Assembly (NCBI GenBank): GCA_023253325.1
Contig: JALRGY010000003.1
Coordinates: 1-59,128 of the forward strand
DNA: 59,128 bases
Source: Candidatus Nanopelagicales bacterium
GTDB taxonomy: Bacteria > Actinomycetota > Actinomycetes > S36-B12
Direction of reading: 5' to 3'
A program made the position numbers and the translations under genes. How positions within the stretch are numbered: the first letter of the stretch is position 1; each line of letters starts with the position of its first letter. The notes under the pieces were generated by a model. The model saw nothing but the letters and a program-made list of their open reading frames with translations, did not search any database and was not told the origin of the DNA. Of this stretch, positions 1 through 9,114 are shown one piece after another.

Positions 1-237
1 CTTCGCGCCGCGCCGAGTTAGTAGGGCATTGAGTCCCAGGGTCGTGCCATGTATGAACGCGGTTAAGTCACTGATATCGACTTGACTGGCTTCAAATCCG
101 CTCATCACACCTTGACGAGGGTCTGAGGGAGTTGTCGGTACTTTGTCGAACTTTGGAGAATTGGATTTGGAATCCAGTGTCACGACATCCGTGAACGTTC
201 CACCGACGTCAATTGCGATTCTTGAGCCCTGAGTCAT
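1..237 (-). CDS. hydantoinase/oxoprolinase family protein, N-terminal fragment (CDS continues off the left edge)
   Basis: Reverse-strand translation from the ATG at about 235-237 reads MTQGSRIAIDVGGTFTDVVTLDS..., the DxGGTFTD N-terminal motif of HyuA/oxoprolinase-type ASKHA enzymes. The frame is open to position 1. It is absent from the ORF track because no stop lies in the window. Confidence 0.7.
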   Translation of the reverse strand, partial: MTQGSRIAIDVGGTFTDVVTLDSKSNSPKFDKVPTTPSDPRQGVMSGFEASQVDISDLTAFIHGTTLGLNALLTRRGAK

Positions 238-265
238 TCGAACATCTCCAAACTAGTTGGCCAGC

Positions 266-280
266 AATATGTGACATATT
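266..280. promoter_or_regulatory. 15-bp perfect palindrome AATATGTgACATATT, candidate GntR-family operator upstream of the hydantoinase gene
   Basis: The 7-bp arms are exact reverse complements around one central base. The core GT-N-AC fits the generic GntR/FadR operator pattern. It lies about 30 nt upstream of the hydantoinase ATG and directly downstream of the GntR gene. Confidence 0.5.
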
Positions 281-342
281 ACTAATTCACCGATGCTGAA
301 CAAGGGGTTTTACCCGATTGTTACAAAGGGCAAGCCTGCTAA

Positions 343-1047
343 TCAGTGAATTTCGATGCCATCAAGGGCATGAGACATGTGCAAAAGCACGATTCGCTCC
401 ACCTGCACGAGATTTTTTGCCTGAATCGCATCAAGGAGGTCAATATGTTCTTGGGCTGTTTCAACCATCCTTCCCGACAAGGCAATAAGCGGTACTGACT
501 GAATGCGGGCTCGCGAGCGAAGGTCCTCCACGAGATCAGTCAGTGTTCTATTCCCCTTAATCTCAAGTAAGTAGCGGTGGTATTCGTAGTCAATAGACAC
601 GAATCCTCGAATGTCGTCCTCGCGCGCATAATCGAGTATTGATTCCGCTAACTCATAGAGAGTTTCCAATTGCTGATTCGAAATTACTGAAACAACGTCC
701 AGCGTCGCTGGGACTTCAATGAGCCGCCGAATTTCGACATTTTCGAGCATCTCCCGTGGACTTGTGTATGCAACTTGGAAACCTTTGTTCGGCAACACGA
801 TGACAAGCCCTTGCTGGACAAGGTCCAGAACAGCCTCTCTGACAGGTGTTGCCGAGACGCCAAACTCTTGTGCCAGGGCAGGCACGGAAAACGTTTCGCC
901 TGGAAGCATTTCACCGCTGAACAAAGACCAGCGGAGGGATTCGCCAATTTGAGCTCGCAAACTCACACGCTCTAATGGGGACCGCCGAATCAATGGCTCC
1001 TTTACCAGCTTTAATTTAGTCTTTCCCGTGGGTGATCCCATTGACAC
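343..1047 (-). CDS. GntR family transcriptional regulator (FadR-like, FCD C-terminal domain)
   Basis: N-terminal winged-HTH signature LPGETFSVPALAQEFGVSATPVREAVLDLVQQGLV, followed by a helical C-terminal domain of FCD type. Confidence 0.85.
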   Translation of the reverse strand: MSMGSPTGKTKLKLVKEPLIRRSPLERVSLRAQIGESLRWSLFSGEMLPGETFSVPALAQEFGVSATPVREAVLDLVQQGLVIVLPNKGFQVAYTSPREMLENVEIRRLIEVPATLDVVSVISNQQLETLYELAESILDYAREDDIRGFVSIDYEYHRYLLEIKGNRTLTDLVEDLRSRARIQSVPLIALSGRMVETAQEHIDLLDAIQAKNLVQVERIVLLHMSHALDGIEIH

Positions 1048-1076
1048 ACGCCCCTCTCTAGAACTTCAACCAGTTA

Positions 1077-2279
1077 CTAGATGACATAACCCTGTTTCAG
1101 AACGACACGCTTCGCCGTCTCGTCCCAGAGGATACTCGGATCATCAAATGGATTTCTTTCAAGAACGAGGAAGTCCGCCTGGGCTCCCACTGCAACCACG
1201 CCAAGATTATTCACGCCCAAGATGGCGGCGTTACGCGAAGTGACACTTCGCAAAAGTTCGAGAGTACCTTGGACTTCATGCTGAACTTTCAGGCCCTGCA
1301 ACTGCTGCGACTCCAAATCGCCCATTAAATCCGTACCGAACCCAACCATGACCCCAGCGCTGGTTGCAAGTTCGATTGCCTTCCGTCCTGCATCGAGTAC
1401 TTCCGCATTTTTGCTTAAGGCGATCGAAGTCATGCCTAGACTTTCACCGTGTTCAGCCATGGCTGCATAAGTAATTAACGTTGGCACCAGAACCGCCTCA
1501 TTTTCAGCCATGATTTCGGCAGCCTTCGCATCAATTAGATTACCGTGTTCAATGCTGCGAACTCCATTTGTCACCGCATGAATCACCGCGTCAGCAGTGT
1601 AAGCGTGTGCTGCTACATAAGAGCCCCGCCTGCGTGCTTCTTGTGCAACGACCGAGATTTCCTCTGCACTGTATTGCGTGATTCGAAGGGGATCAGTCAA
1701 GGAGACAACACCACCCGAGGCCATAATCTTGATGGCATGTGCGCCGGTTCGAAACCTTTCTCTCACCGCAACTCTTAGATTTTCAACGCCATCGACCACT
1801 TCAACCCCGTGATTATCCCTGCAGCATAAATCGAAATTTGCATCTCGTGGGTCTCCATGGCCGCCAGTTTGACTCAGTGCAGGTCCAGTGTAGAAATAGT
1901 TCGGTGTGCTAATCACTCCCTCATCGATAGCACGGGCCAAGCCAATGTCACCGCCTGCAACATCCCGCACGGTGGTGAAGCCTCGACTCAGTGCCCGAGC
2001 CAATCTTTTCGCACCCTTTAGTGCAACATAACTTTTTTTACTTGATTCCATCTGGAGCATGTTCAAGCCAATTCCATAGGCATGACAATGGTTATCTATC
2101 ATGCCTGGCATTAGAAATGATCCCGCAAAATCAGATGTAGAATCGCCGCCCGCAAGGTTTGATCCAATCTCGCGTATGACGCCATTCTCGACAAGTATGT
2201 CGCGAACAAGTACTTCTGGCGATCTTCCATCAAACATCTGAACGTTACGGATCAGCACATTGGCGTTAGCGAGGGCCAT
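1077..2279 (-). CDS. amidohydrolase family metal-dependent hydrolase
   Basis: Motif PGMIDNHCHA (HxH metal ligands) plus a downstream His/Asp pattern. I trimmed the start to MALANANVLIRN, where GGAG lies about 6 nt upstream. The ORF-track start is 2354. Confidence 0.8.
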   Translation of the reverse strand: MALANANVLIRNVQMFDGRSPEVLVRDILVENGVIREIGSNLAGGDSTSDFAGSFLMPGMIDNHCHAYGIGLNMLQMESSKKSYVALKGAKRLARALSRGFTTVRDVAGGDIGLARAIDEGVISTPNYFYTGPALSQTGGHGDPRDANFDLCCRDNHGVEVVDGVENLRVAVRERFRTGAHAIKIMASGGVVSLTDPLRITQYSAEEISVVAQEARRRGSYVAAHAYTADAVIHAVTNGVRSIEHGNLIDAKAAEIMAENEAVLVPTLITYAAMAEHGESLGMTSIALSKNAEVLDAGRKAIELATSAGVMVGFGTDLMGDLESQQLQGLKVQHEVQGTLELLRSVTSRNAAILGVNNLGVVAVGAQADFLVLERNPFDDPSILWDETAKRVVLKQGYVI

Positions 2280-2409
2280 GAAATCTCCAAAAATAGTAAT
2301 TAATTTCGCCTTGACTGTACTCCTGAGTCTTTTCTTGCCAAAAAGTGAACTCAAGTTTCGTTGACTCCGATATTAACTGCTTAACGGGCTAGGTGTCTAA
2401 ACTCATGAC

Positions 2410-3102
2410 ATGGAATTCAATCCACCGGCGCTGATCACAGGGGTGATCTTTGATCTGCACTCCACATTGGCCGACCAGGGCTCCGCTGCTCAGTGGCTCG
2501 AGGCCGCCGAAGGCAAGGCCGGGGTCCGAGCACCAGACGCGCAGGAAACTATCGAGCGTCTGGACTCGATCGTTGAATTCGCTCGGATCGAAGACCCAAC
2601 ACACCAACGCGATCTCTCGCACTCCGCGCACCGCGAGATTTTCACTCGTTTGCTCTCCGACTTCACCGAGGAGCCTCTGAGTTCAGCCCTCTACGAAACG
2701 ATCACTGACGGTTGGTTTATTTACGATGACACACTGCCGGTGCTGCGCGCCCTGCGAGACCAAGGGATCGCGACGGCAATTCTCTCCAACATCGCCGTCG
2801 ACATGGATGCCCTAATGGAGCAACTTGGACTCCATGGTGAAGTCGATGCGGTCATCGCCTCCAGCCACATTGGCGCGGTCAAACCACAAGCTGAGGCATT
2901 TTTGCATGCCGCCGATGCCCTCGGTTTGCCCGTTGAATCACTTTTGATGGTGGGCGACAACTCAATTGACGATGGCGCCGCGGCGAAAGTCGGGATTCGC
3001 TCGCTGGTACTTCCCCGCACTCGGGGCCCGATACATGGACTCGCAACAGTGCTTGGGGTTGTCGCTGCGGCACAAACTCTGGCGCTCCCCAGTCAGCCCT
3101 AA
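2410..3102 (+). CDS. HAD family hydrolase
   Basis: HAD motif I-like GVIFDLHSTLAD, motif III/IV MVGDNSIDDGAAAKVG, and a typical size of 230 aa. Confidence 0.75.
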   Translation: MEFNPPALITGVIFDLHSTLADQGSAAQWLEAAEGKAGVRAPDAQETIERLDSIVEFARIEDPTHQRDLSHSAHREIFTRLLSDFTEEPLSSALYETITDGWFIYDDTLPVLRALRDQGIATAILSNIAVDMDALMEQLGLHGEVDAVIASSHIGAVKPQAEAFLHAADALGLPVESLLMVGDNSIDDGAAAKVGIRSLVLPRTRGPIHGLATVLGVVAAAQTLALPSQP

Positions 3103-3164
3103 TTGCACGGATGCAATATCAACTCTCAATTCTTTTCACCACGATATTGCACGCGTGCAATATC
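3101..3164. repeat. two related 20-nt palindromic elements (ATTGCACnnnTGCAATATC) in a convergent intergenic region; possible bidirectional terminator or protein-binding site
   Basis: Copy 1 at about 3101-3120 (aattgcacggatgcaatatc) and copy 2 at about 3145-3164 (tattgcacgcgtgcaatatc) share 17 of 20 positions. Copy 2 is part of the perfect 10+10 palindrome GATATTGCACgcGTGCAATATC (3143-3164). Confidence 0.45.
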
Positions 3165-3177
3165 GCTCCAGAGCAAG

Positions 3178-3945
3178 CTAAGAACTCGGACTGTTTTTCG
3201 CGAACAGTAAAGCGAGCCCGAGCAAGGTGAGATCCGGTTCTTCATGCGTAATGGTTTGTGATTCAGGAACAACAACCGAACTCAATCCACCTGTTGCCAC
3301 GACAGCGGTTACCGGGCCAATTTCCTTGATTATCCGCCCGACAAGCCCATCCACTTGCCCGGCAAAGCCGTAAAGGGCACCTGCCTGCAATGCCTCAACC
3401 GTGTTCTTGCCAATGACCGAGCGTGGAGCAACTAGTTCGACCTTGCGCAAGGCGGCTGCACGGGAGGCAAGTGCATCGAGGGAAATTTCAACTCCCGGCG
3501 CGAGCGCGCCACCAAGGAACTCACCTTTTTCGGAGACCACATCAAGATTTGTTGAGGTTCCAAAGTCGACAACGATGCACGGGCCGCCAAAAAGATAGTG
3601 GGCGGCAAGGGTGTTCACAATTCGATCAGCCCCAACCTCTTTGGGGTTGTCGGTCAGGATTGGTACACCTGTCTTGATACCTGGTTCAACGATCACGGCT
3701 TCCACGTGACCGTAGTAATTCGAAATCATGAGCCGCATCTGATGCAGCACCGCTGGAACCGTGCTGCACAGGGCAATGCCGCTCACGGCAGGTTCCGCCC
3801 CTAGGAATCCTTTGAATTTCAGTGCAAGTTCATCGGCTGTCTCGGCAGCATCTGTCTTGATGCGCCACGACTTGTGAAGTTGCAACCCCTCGTAGAGGCC
3901 GATCACGGTATTGGTATTCCCAACATCAATTGTTAGAAGCATCAA
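3178..3945 (-). CDS. coaX: type III pantothenate kinase
   Basis: N-terminus MLLTIDVGNTNTVIGLY (ASKHA phosphate-1 motif of CoaX). Size 255 aa. The position next to pan genes matches other actinobacteria. Confidence 0.9.
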   Translation of the reverse strand: MMLLTIDVGNTNTVIGLYEGLQLHKSWRIKTDAAETADELALKFKGFLGAEPAVSGIALCSTVPAVLHQMRLMISNYYGHVEAVIVEPGIKTGVPILTDNPKEVGADRIVNTLAAHYLFGGPCIVVDFGTSTNLDVVSEKGEFLGGALAPGVEISLDALASRAAALRKVELVAPRSVIGKNTVEALQAGALYGFAGQVDGLVGRIIKEIGPVTAVVATGGLSSVVVPESQTITHEEPDLTLLGLALLFAKNSPSS

Positions 3946-4840
3946 GTTCGCCTTCCCTTATGTCGGCTCCGATATCAAGGATTGGAGCCGAGTGCGTGAT
4001 CGCACCAACGGCAATGTAGTCAACCCCTGTGTCTGCCACGGCTTTTGCTACATCCAGGGTCAGTCCACCTGATGCCTCGAGCGTCACTTTCCCACCAAAG
4101 CGGTCTACTGCCATTTTCATGTTCTCAACCGTGAAGTTATCGAGCAATACGAGGTCAGCACCCGCTTCTGCTACCTGTTCAAGTTGTTCCATGGAATCTA
4201 CTTCAACCTCAACCGCGAGATCTGGGTATCTTTTTTTGATTGCCGTGAACGCCTGCGTGACACCACCTGCGGCAGCGACATGATTGTCTTTGACCAGTGC
4301 CGCGTCAGAGAGGTTCATGCGGTGATTAACACCGCCGCCGCAGCGAACAGCGTATTTCTCCAGCGCCCTTAAGCCCGGGGTGGTCTTGCGGGTATCACGG
4401 ATCTTGGCGTTCGTCCCTTGTACCGCATCAACCCAGGCGCGCGTCGCCGTGGCAATTCCACTCAGGTGAGACAGGAGGTTGAGTGCTGGGCGTTCAGCCT
4501 GCAAAATCTGCCTCGCGGGACCAGTCACACTGAGTATCACCGAACCCGGCTCAACACGATCACCGTCGGCGGCAACCATGGTGACACTCCCTGATGACCC
4601 GCACACGATAAAGAAAACGGATGCTGCGACGGGTACACCCGCTATCACGCCGTGGGAGCGAGAGACGAGGTCCAATGTCGCCATTGCATCGGAGTCAATT
4701 GTGGCGATGGACGTAACGTCGCCGGACTCGTCAACATCCTCATGCAGCGCAGTCAGAACAACCTCGGTGACATCAAGTGGGTTGAGGCCAGCCGCAATCA
4801 GGGCATCAGAAATTTCTTTTTTGAGCTTATGTCTAGTCAT
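3926..4840 (-). CDS. nadC: nicotinate-nucleotide pyrophosphorylase (carboxylating)
   Basis: QPRTase-like sequence (LLSHLSGIATATR, RDTRKTTPGLR, KDNH, LLDN, EASGG). It overlaps coaX by 20 nt. Confidence 0.9.
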   Translation of the reverse strand: MTRHKLKKEISDALIAAGLNPLDVTEVVLTALHEDVDESGDVTSIATIDSDAMATLDLVSRSHGVIAGVPVAASVFFIVCGSSGSVTMVAADGDRVEPGSVILSVTGPARQILQAERPALNLLSHLSGIATATRAWVDAVQGTNAKIRDTRKTTPGLRALEKYAVRCGGGVNHRMNLSDAALVKDNHVAAAGGVTQAFTAIKKRYPDLAVEVEVDSMEQLEQVAEAGADLVLLDNFTVENMKMAVDRFGGKVTLEASGGLTLDVAKAVADTGVDYIAVGAITHSAPILDIGADIREGELDASNN

Positions 4841-6474
4841 CAGGAGTTGAGTCCCACCATTTCCGTCATAATTTCACCATCAGCGTTGCGGTGTGAAACT
4901 AGCCGAACCGCAAACCGTGGATCGCTCTCGGGGTAGTCCTCGCGCCAATGGGATCCGCGCGTCTCCTCACGCATCAATGCGTGTTGGGTGAGCACCGACG
5001 CCAACGTGTGCATATTGGCACTCTCCCAGTCCTCCGTGCATTTACGGGCACCACTCGTGTCAACGGTCTCCAACCAATGAGTTGCGTGTTTGAGTGATTC
5101 CTCGCTGCGCAAAACGCCCACATTGCGATCCATGACAGATTGCATTTCACGGCGCAGCCGGTGTGGAAGTAAGTAACCGTCATGATCGGTGACCTCGGGG
5201 ATTGACCGAACCTGCGGTTTATCGAGCGCAATTGCTTGTGCGCTGCGTCTGGCGAAAACTAAGCCCTCAAGCAATGAGTTTGATGCAAGGCGATTAGCTC
5301 CATGAACTCCTGTGCAAGCACTCTCACCGGCGGCATAAAGGCCGGGAACACTCGAGCGCCCCATTAGGTCAGTGAGCACACCACCGGAAACATAATGTTG
5401 CGCAGGCGAAACCGGGATCAAATCAATCACGGGATCGATACCACGCTGGCGGCAACTGGCCAGAATCGTGGGGAACCGTTGGACCCACATGTCTGCGCCC
5501 AACATCCGGCCATCGAGCCACACGTGTTCAGAGTTTGTCTCCCGCATGGTGCGCATGATCGCCTTGGCAACAACATCGCGCGGAGCCAGATCGCCTAACT
5601 CGTGGACATGAGCCATGAACGGCTCGTGATTAATGTCGAGTAGTCGAGCACCTTCACCGCGCACTGCTTCACTCACCAAAGGCTGCTGGCCTTTGGCCAA
5701 AGGCCCCAACCACAAGACCGTTGGGTGGAACTGGACAAACTCCAAGTCGGCCACTTTGGCTCCGGCCCGCAGCGCCATGGCAATGCCATCGCCCGTGGAG
5801 ACATATGGATTCGTTGTTTGGCCAAAGACTTGACCAAACCCACCCGTGGTGAGAACAACCGAGGGAGCAAGCCCAGCACCAATGCCATGACGCTGACCTG
5901 AACCCATCACGTGAAAGGTGACACCCTGTGCGGAGCCATCCATGGCAGTGAGCAGGTCCAGCACGAGTGCGTTCTCAATAATTTCAATGTCGGGATCGTT
6001 GAGCACAGCGGCGACCAGTGCGCGCGAAATTTCGGCGCCTGTTGCATCTCCACCCGCGTGAGCAATTCGATTGCGGTGATGACCACCTTCACGCGTCAAT
6101 GAAATTTCACCACTGGGCTCACGATCAAAATTCGCGCCAAGCGTGATCAAGTCCCGAACCGCTTGCGGGCCTTCGGTGACCAGGATGTTGACCGCTTCCG
6201 GGTTGCACAAGCCGACACCCGCGGTCAACGTGTCATCGCGGTGATCCGACGGCGAGTCATCTGTTGACAATGCGGCGGCAATACCGCCCTGCGCCCACCG
6301 CGTTGAGCCCTCATCGATCTGGGCCTTGGTTAATAGGAGAACTTTGAGACCTTGCTCGCGAAGGTGGAGCGCTGCCGAAAGCCCAGCTACTCCCGAACCG
6401 ATCACGATTGTGTCTGCGGTCACGGTCCATCCTGGTGGATCGGATGCAAGCCAACGGTCAACAGTTAAAGGCAC
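4840..6474 (-). CDS. nadB: L-aspartate oxidase
   Basis: FAD-binding GSGVAGLSAA, succinate dehydrogenase/fumarate reductase-type flavoprotein core (FVQFHPT, GLYAAGE), 544 aa. The stop overlaps the nadC start. Confidence 0.9.
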   Translation of the reverse strand: MPLTVDRWLASDPPGWTVTADTIVIGSGVAGLSAALHLREQGLKVLLLTKAQIDEGSTRWAQGGIAAALSTDDSPSDHRDDTLTAGVGLCNPEAVNILVTEGPQAVRDLITLGANFDREPSGEISLTREGGHHRNRIAHAGGDATGAEISRALVAAVLNDPDIEIIENALVLDLLTAMDGSAQGVTFHVMGSGQRHGIGAGLAPSVVLTTGGFGQVFGQTTNPYVSTGDGIAMALRAGAKVADLEFVQFHPTVLWLGPLAKGQQPLVSEAVRGEGARLLDINHEPFMAHVHELGDLAPRDVVAKAIMRTMRETNSEHVWLDGRMLGADMWVQRFPTILASCRQRGIDPVIDLIPVSPAQHYVSGGVLTDLMGRSSVPGLYAAGESACTGVHGANRLASNSLLEGLVFARRSAQAIALDKPQVRSIPEVTDHDGYLLPHRLRREMQSVMDRNVGVLRSEESLKHATHWLETVDTSGARKCTEDWESANMHTLASVLTQHALMREETRGSHWREDYPESDPRFAVRLVSHRNADGEIMTEMVGLNS

Positions 6475-6477
6475 GGT

Positions 6478-7332
6478 TCACACACCAGCCGAGATCGGAC
6501 AGTTGTCAATCAAGTGAGTGGTACCCACTCGGGCTGCAATCAGGATTCGCCCGGGAACATTGGTTGCGTCCGGTTCAAGTTCCGCCTGCAGGTCGTTGCG
6601 CATGGCTGCGAGATAGGTAACTTCAATGTCACCAACGAGTTCGGCCTGTGCGGCCGCGAGTTTCTCGCGAACACTCCCCCCACACGTTTGTGCCGCTGTC
6701 AGTGCCCGAGGGATAGCAGCGGCAATGGCACGCTCAGCATCACTCAAATACGAATTGCGCGAACTCAGAGCAAGGCCATCAGTGTCACGAACCGTGGTAA
6801 CACCCCGCACCTCAATGGGGAAATTGAGATCGCGAACCATTGCACTCACCAAAGCAAGTTGCTGGTAATCCTTCTCACCAAAGAATGCGATGTCAGGATC
6901 GGTGAGGTTAAAGAGTTTGGCAACCACGGTCAGCATCCCCGCAAAATGCCCGGGGCGCGATGCCCCCTCAAGGATTGCACCAACTGGCCCGGCCTGCACC
7001 GACGTCATATCCGCCAGCGAGACACCACCGGGATACATTTCCTCAACCAACGGAGCGAACACCACGTCAACGCCTGCCTCGGTGCACAACTTCACATCCT
7101 CATGGAACGGACGCGGATATTGGGCCAGGTCTTCATTCGCGCCAAATTGTGTCGGGTTTACAAAAATGGAGACGACCACTTCTCCATCAGGCCCGACTTC
7201 CTGGCGCGCCACCTTGACCAGTTCCAAGTGCCCTGCATGCAGTGCACCCATGGTGGGGACGAATGCGCGCTTGCCGGGCTTTCGGCCAATGAATTCACGG
7301 TATTCCGAGCGAGTGTGAGCAACAATCGTCAT
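6478..7332 (-). CDS. panC: pantoate--beta-alanine ligase
   Basis: HIGH-like motif PTMGALHAGHL, FGEKDYQQ and SSRN motifs, 284 aa. Confidence 0.92.
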   Translation of the reverse strand: MTIVAHTRSEYREFIGRKPGKRAFVPTMGALHAGHLELVKVARQEVGPDGEVVVSIFVNPTQFGANEDLAQYPRPFHEDVKLCTEAGVDVVFAPLVEEMYPGGVSLADMTSVQAGPVGAILEGASRPGHFAGMLTVVAKLFNLTDPDIAFFGEKDYQQLALVSAMVRDLNFPIEVRGVTTVRDTDGLALSSRNSYLSDAERAIAAAIPRALTAAQTCGGSVREKLAAAQAELVGDIEVTYLAAMRNDLQAELEPDATNVPGRILIAARVGTTHLIDNCPISAGV

Positions 7333-8240
7333 CTCGCTCCTCCGAAGGTGTCACCGTTAAATGGTTCACCGTTGTTGTCCTTGCCCAAAGTGATGAGCAG
7401 CTGTGCGGCTTGGTCAACACTCAGGATGCCAGCATCGAGTGCGCGGTCAACACCGAGCCTGCCGAGCACCTGATAAGCATTTCGCGTGCTGGGTCGGTGC
7501 GCCAGAGCGTCGAGATGTTTATCAATTGTTGCCGAATCTCCTCGGGCCAACGGCCCGGTGAGTGCCTTATCGCCGTAGCGCAATGCATTGTCCAGTGATG
7601 CGCTCAGCAGTGGAGTGAGAAGGCGAGTCGGGTTTTCCATACCTGCCTCGCGCAGCAACGAGAGCGATTCATTCACCAACACATTCATGTAGTTGGACCC
7701 GAGCACCATGGCCGCGTGATACACCGCGCGGGCTTCCTCAGGTACCCATACCGGTTCACCACCCATCTCAACAACGAGGGCTTCAGCAACTGGCCTGACA
7801 TTTTCGGGTGCAGTGACTCCAAAAGGTGCATCATGCAACCGGCTTAAATCAACACTTGTCCCCGTGAATGTCATGGCGGGGTGAATGGCCATTGGCTGAC
7901 ACAGGGTCGCCGGCTCCAGCACGCCAATGCCGTACCCACCCGAGGTGTGAGCCACGAACTGCCCAGCCTGAAAGATTCCTGCGCGGGCAAATCCATCGAC
8001 AAGCCCTGGTAATACGTCATCAGGCACAGCAAGAATAAGTAACTCGCAATCCCCCGCCACTTGGTCCGCGGGCAAGACGGGGACACCGGGAAGGAGGGCC
8101 TCAGCCCGCAAAAGGGAGATATCTGAAACGGCAGCAACCCCCGTTATTACGTGTCCAGCACTGCGCAACGCTGCCCCCAGCACTGCACCGACCCGGCCAG
8201 CACTAACAACACCGACGCGCAGTCGTGGGGGCGAGTCCAT
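7329..8240 (-). CDS. Rossmann-like / DUF2520 domain protein (conserved upstream partner of actinobacterial panC)
   Basis: N-terminal dinucleotide fold VGVVSAGRVGAVLG. A 4-nt overlap with the panC start. The position is as in mycobacterial and micrococcal pan loci. Confidence 0.7.
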   Translation of the reverse strand: MDSPPRLRVGVVSAGRVGAVLGAALRSAGHVITGVAAVSDISLLRAEALLPGVPVLPADQVAGDCELLILAVPDDVLPGLVDGFARAGIFQAGQFVAHTSGGYGIGVLEPATLCQPMAIHPAMTFTGTSVDLSRLHDAPFGVTAPENVRPVAEALVVEMGGEPVWVPEEARAVYHAAMVLGSNYMNVLVNESLSLLREAGMENPTRLLTPLLSASLDNALRYGDKALTGPLARGDSATIDKHLDALAHRPSTRNAYQVLGRLGVDRALDAGILSVDQAAQLLITLGKDNNGEPFNGDTFGGAR

Positions 8241-8274
8241 GTTGAAAGCCTAGGGGTCACTAGCGTCACCAACT

Positions 8275-9111
8275 ATGGCCCCTTACATCCCGTGGCAGCA
8301 GGCCTGGGAATCCGCGCACTACGGGGCTTCGGGCTTTTATCGCACACAACAAAACCCAGAAAATCATTTTCGCACGAGCGTTATGGACTCCCCTGCGATA
8401 AGTCAAAGAATTTTCCAGGTCGCACTCGAAACTTTTCTCTCACTCGGCTCGCCGCCTGAGTTCACCATCCTTGATGTGGGGGCGGGAAACAATCAACTCA
8501 CACATAATCTGCATGCCGCTGCCGTGGAATCAGGCCACGACTGGACCGTTACGGCGTACAACCTCACCGATGGCGATGCCCGCGAGCTGAAACCGCGCGG
8601 AGGTAATGGTGTTGTGATCGCACATGAGTTCCTTGATGACATTCCCTGCACGGTCGCTGAAGTGGACGCAGACCTGAACTTTTGCATTGTCCTTGTTGAA
8701 CCCGAGACTGGGCATGAACAACTGGGTGTTCAGGTCAACAACAATGAACGAGTCTGGCTGGAGAAGTGGTGGCCAGCAACAGTGATTGGTGCCCGTCGTG
8801 AGGTGGGCTTGACCCGTGATCGTGCGTGGGAAACCCTGCTAAGAATTTTTGATTCCGGCAGTGCCATCGCGATCGACTACTCACACACGCTCGACCAACG
8901 GCAATCAGGGCTCTTCGATTCCGGCACCTTGGTTGGTTACTCACACGGCAGGGCCAAGCGACCTGTTCCCGATGGCTCAATGAATATCACCGCCCACGTC
9001 AGCGTTGATTCACTCATTGAGACCGGAGCCGAACTGGGACTACCGCCTGCAATTGTCGAACGACCTCACATGGCCAGTGACTTTCGGTGGCTGATTCAGC
9101 CGCTTGCATGA
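8275..9111 (+). CDS. SAM-dependent methyltransferase, MidA/NDUFAF7-like (DUF185 family)
   Basis: Family landmarks are present in order: GFYRTQQNPENHFRTS, ILDVGAGNNQL (SAM motif I), VVIAHEFLDDIPC, AIAIDYSH, GTLVGYSHGR, NITAHVSVDSL. Confidence 0.7.
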   Translation: MAPYIPWQQAWESAHYGASGFYRTQQNPENHFRTSVMDSPAISQRIFQVALETFLSLGSPPEFTILDVGAGNNQLTHNLHAAAVESGHDWTVTAYNLTDGDARELKPRGGNGVVIAHEFLDDIPCTVAEVDADLNFCIVLVEPETGHEQLGVQVNNNERVWLEKWWPATVIGARREVGLTRDRAWETLLRIFDSGSAIAIDYSHTLDQRQSGLFDSGTLVGYSHGRAKRPVPDGSMNITAHVSVDSLIETGAELGLPPAIVERPHMASDFRWLIQPLA

Positions 9112-9114
9112 GGC

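Noticed and set aside
6514-7473. Long plus-strand ORF (319 aa) and several similar ones: 12167-12868, 14629-15282, 37071-37751, 43019-43576, 44811-45338, 45435-46085 and 55471-55926.
   Set aside because: They lie antisense to, or out of frame with, strongly supported genes (panC, folP, ftsH, the propeller protein, the hydrolase, fdsD and others). Their translations are low-complexity and Arg/Ser/Pro-rich with no family resemblance. These are the shadow ORFs expected in GC-rich coding DNA.
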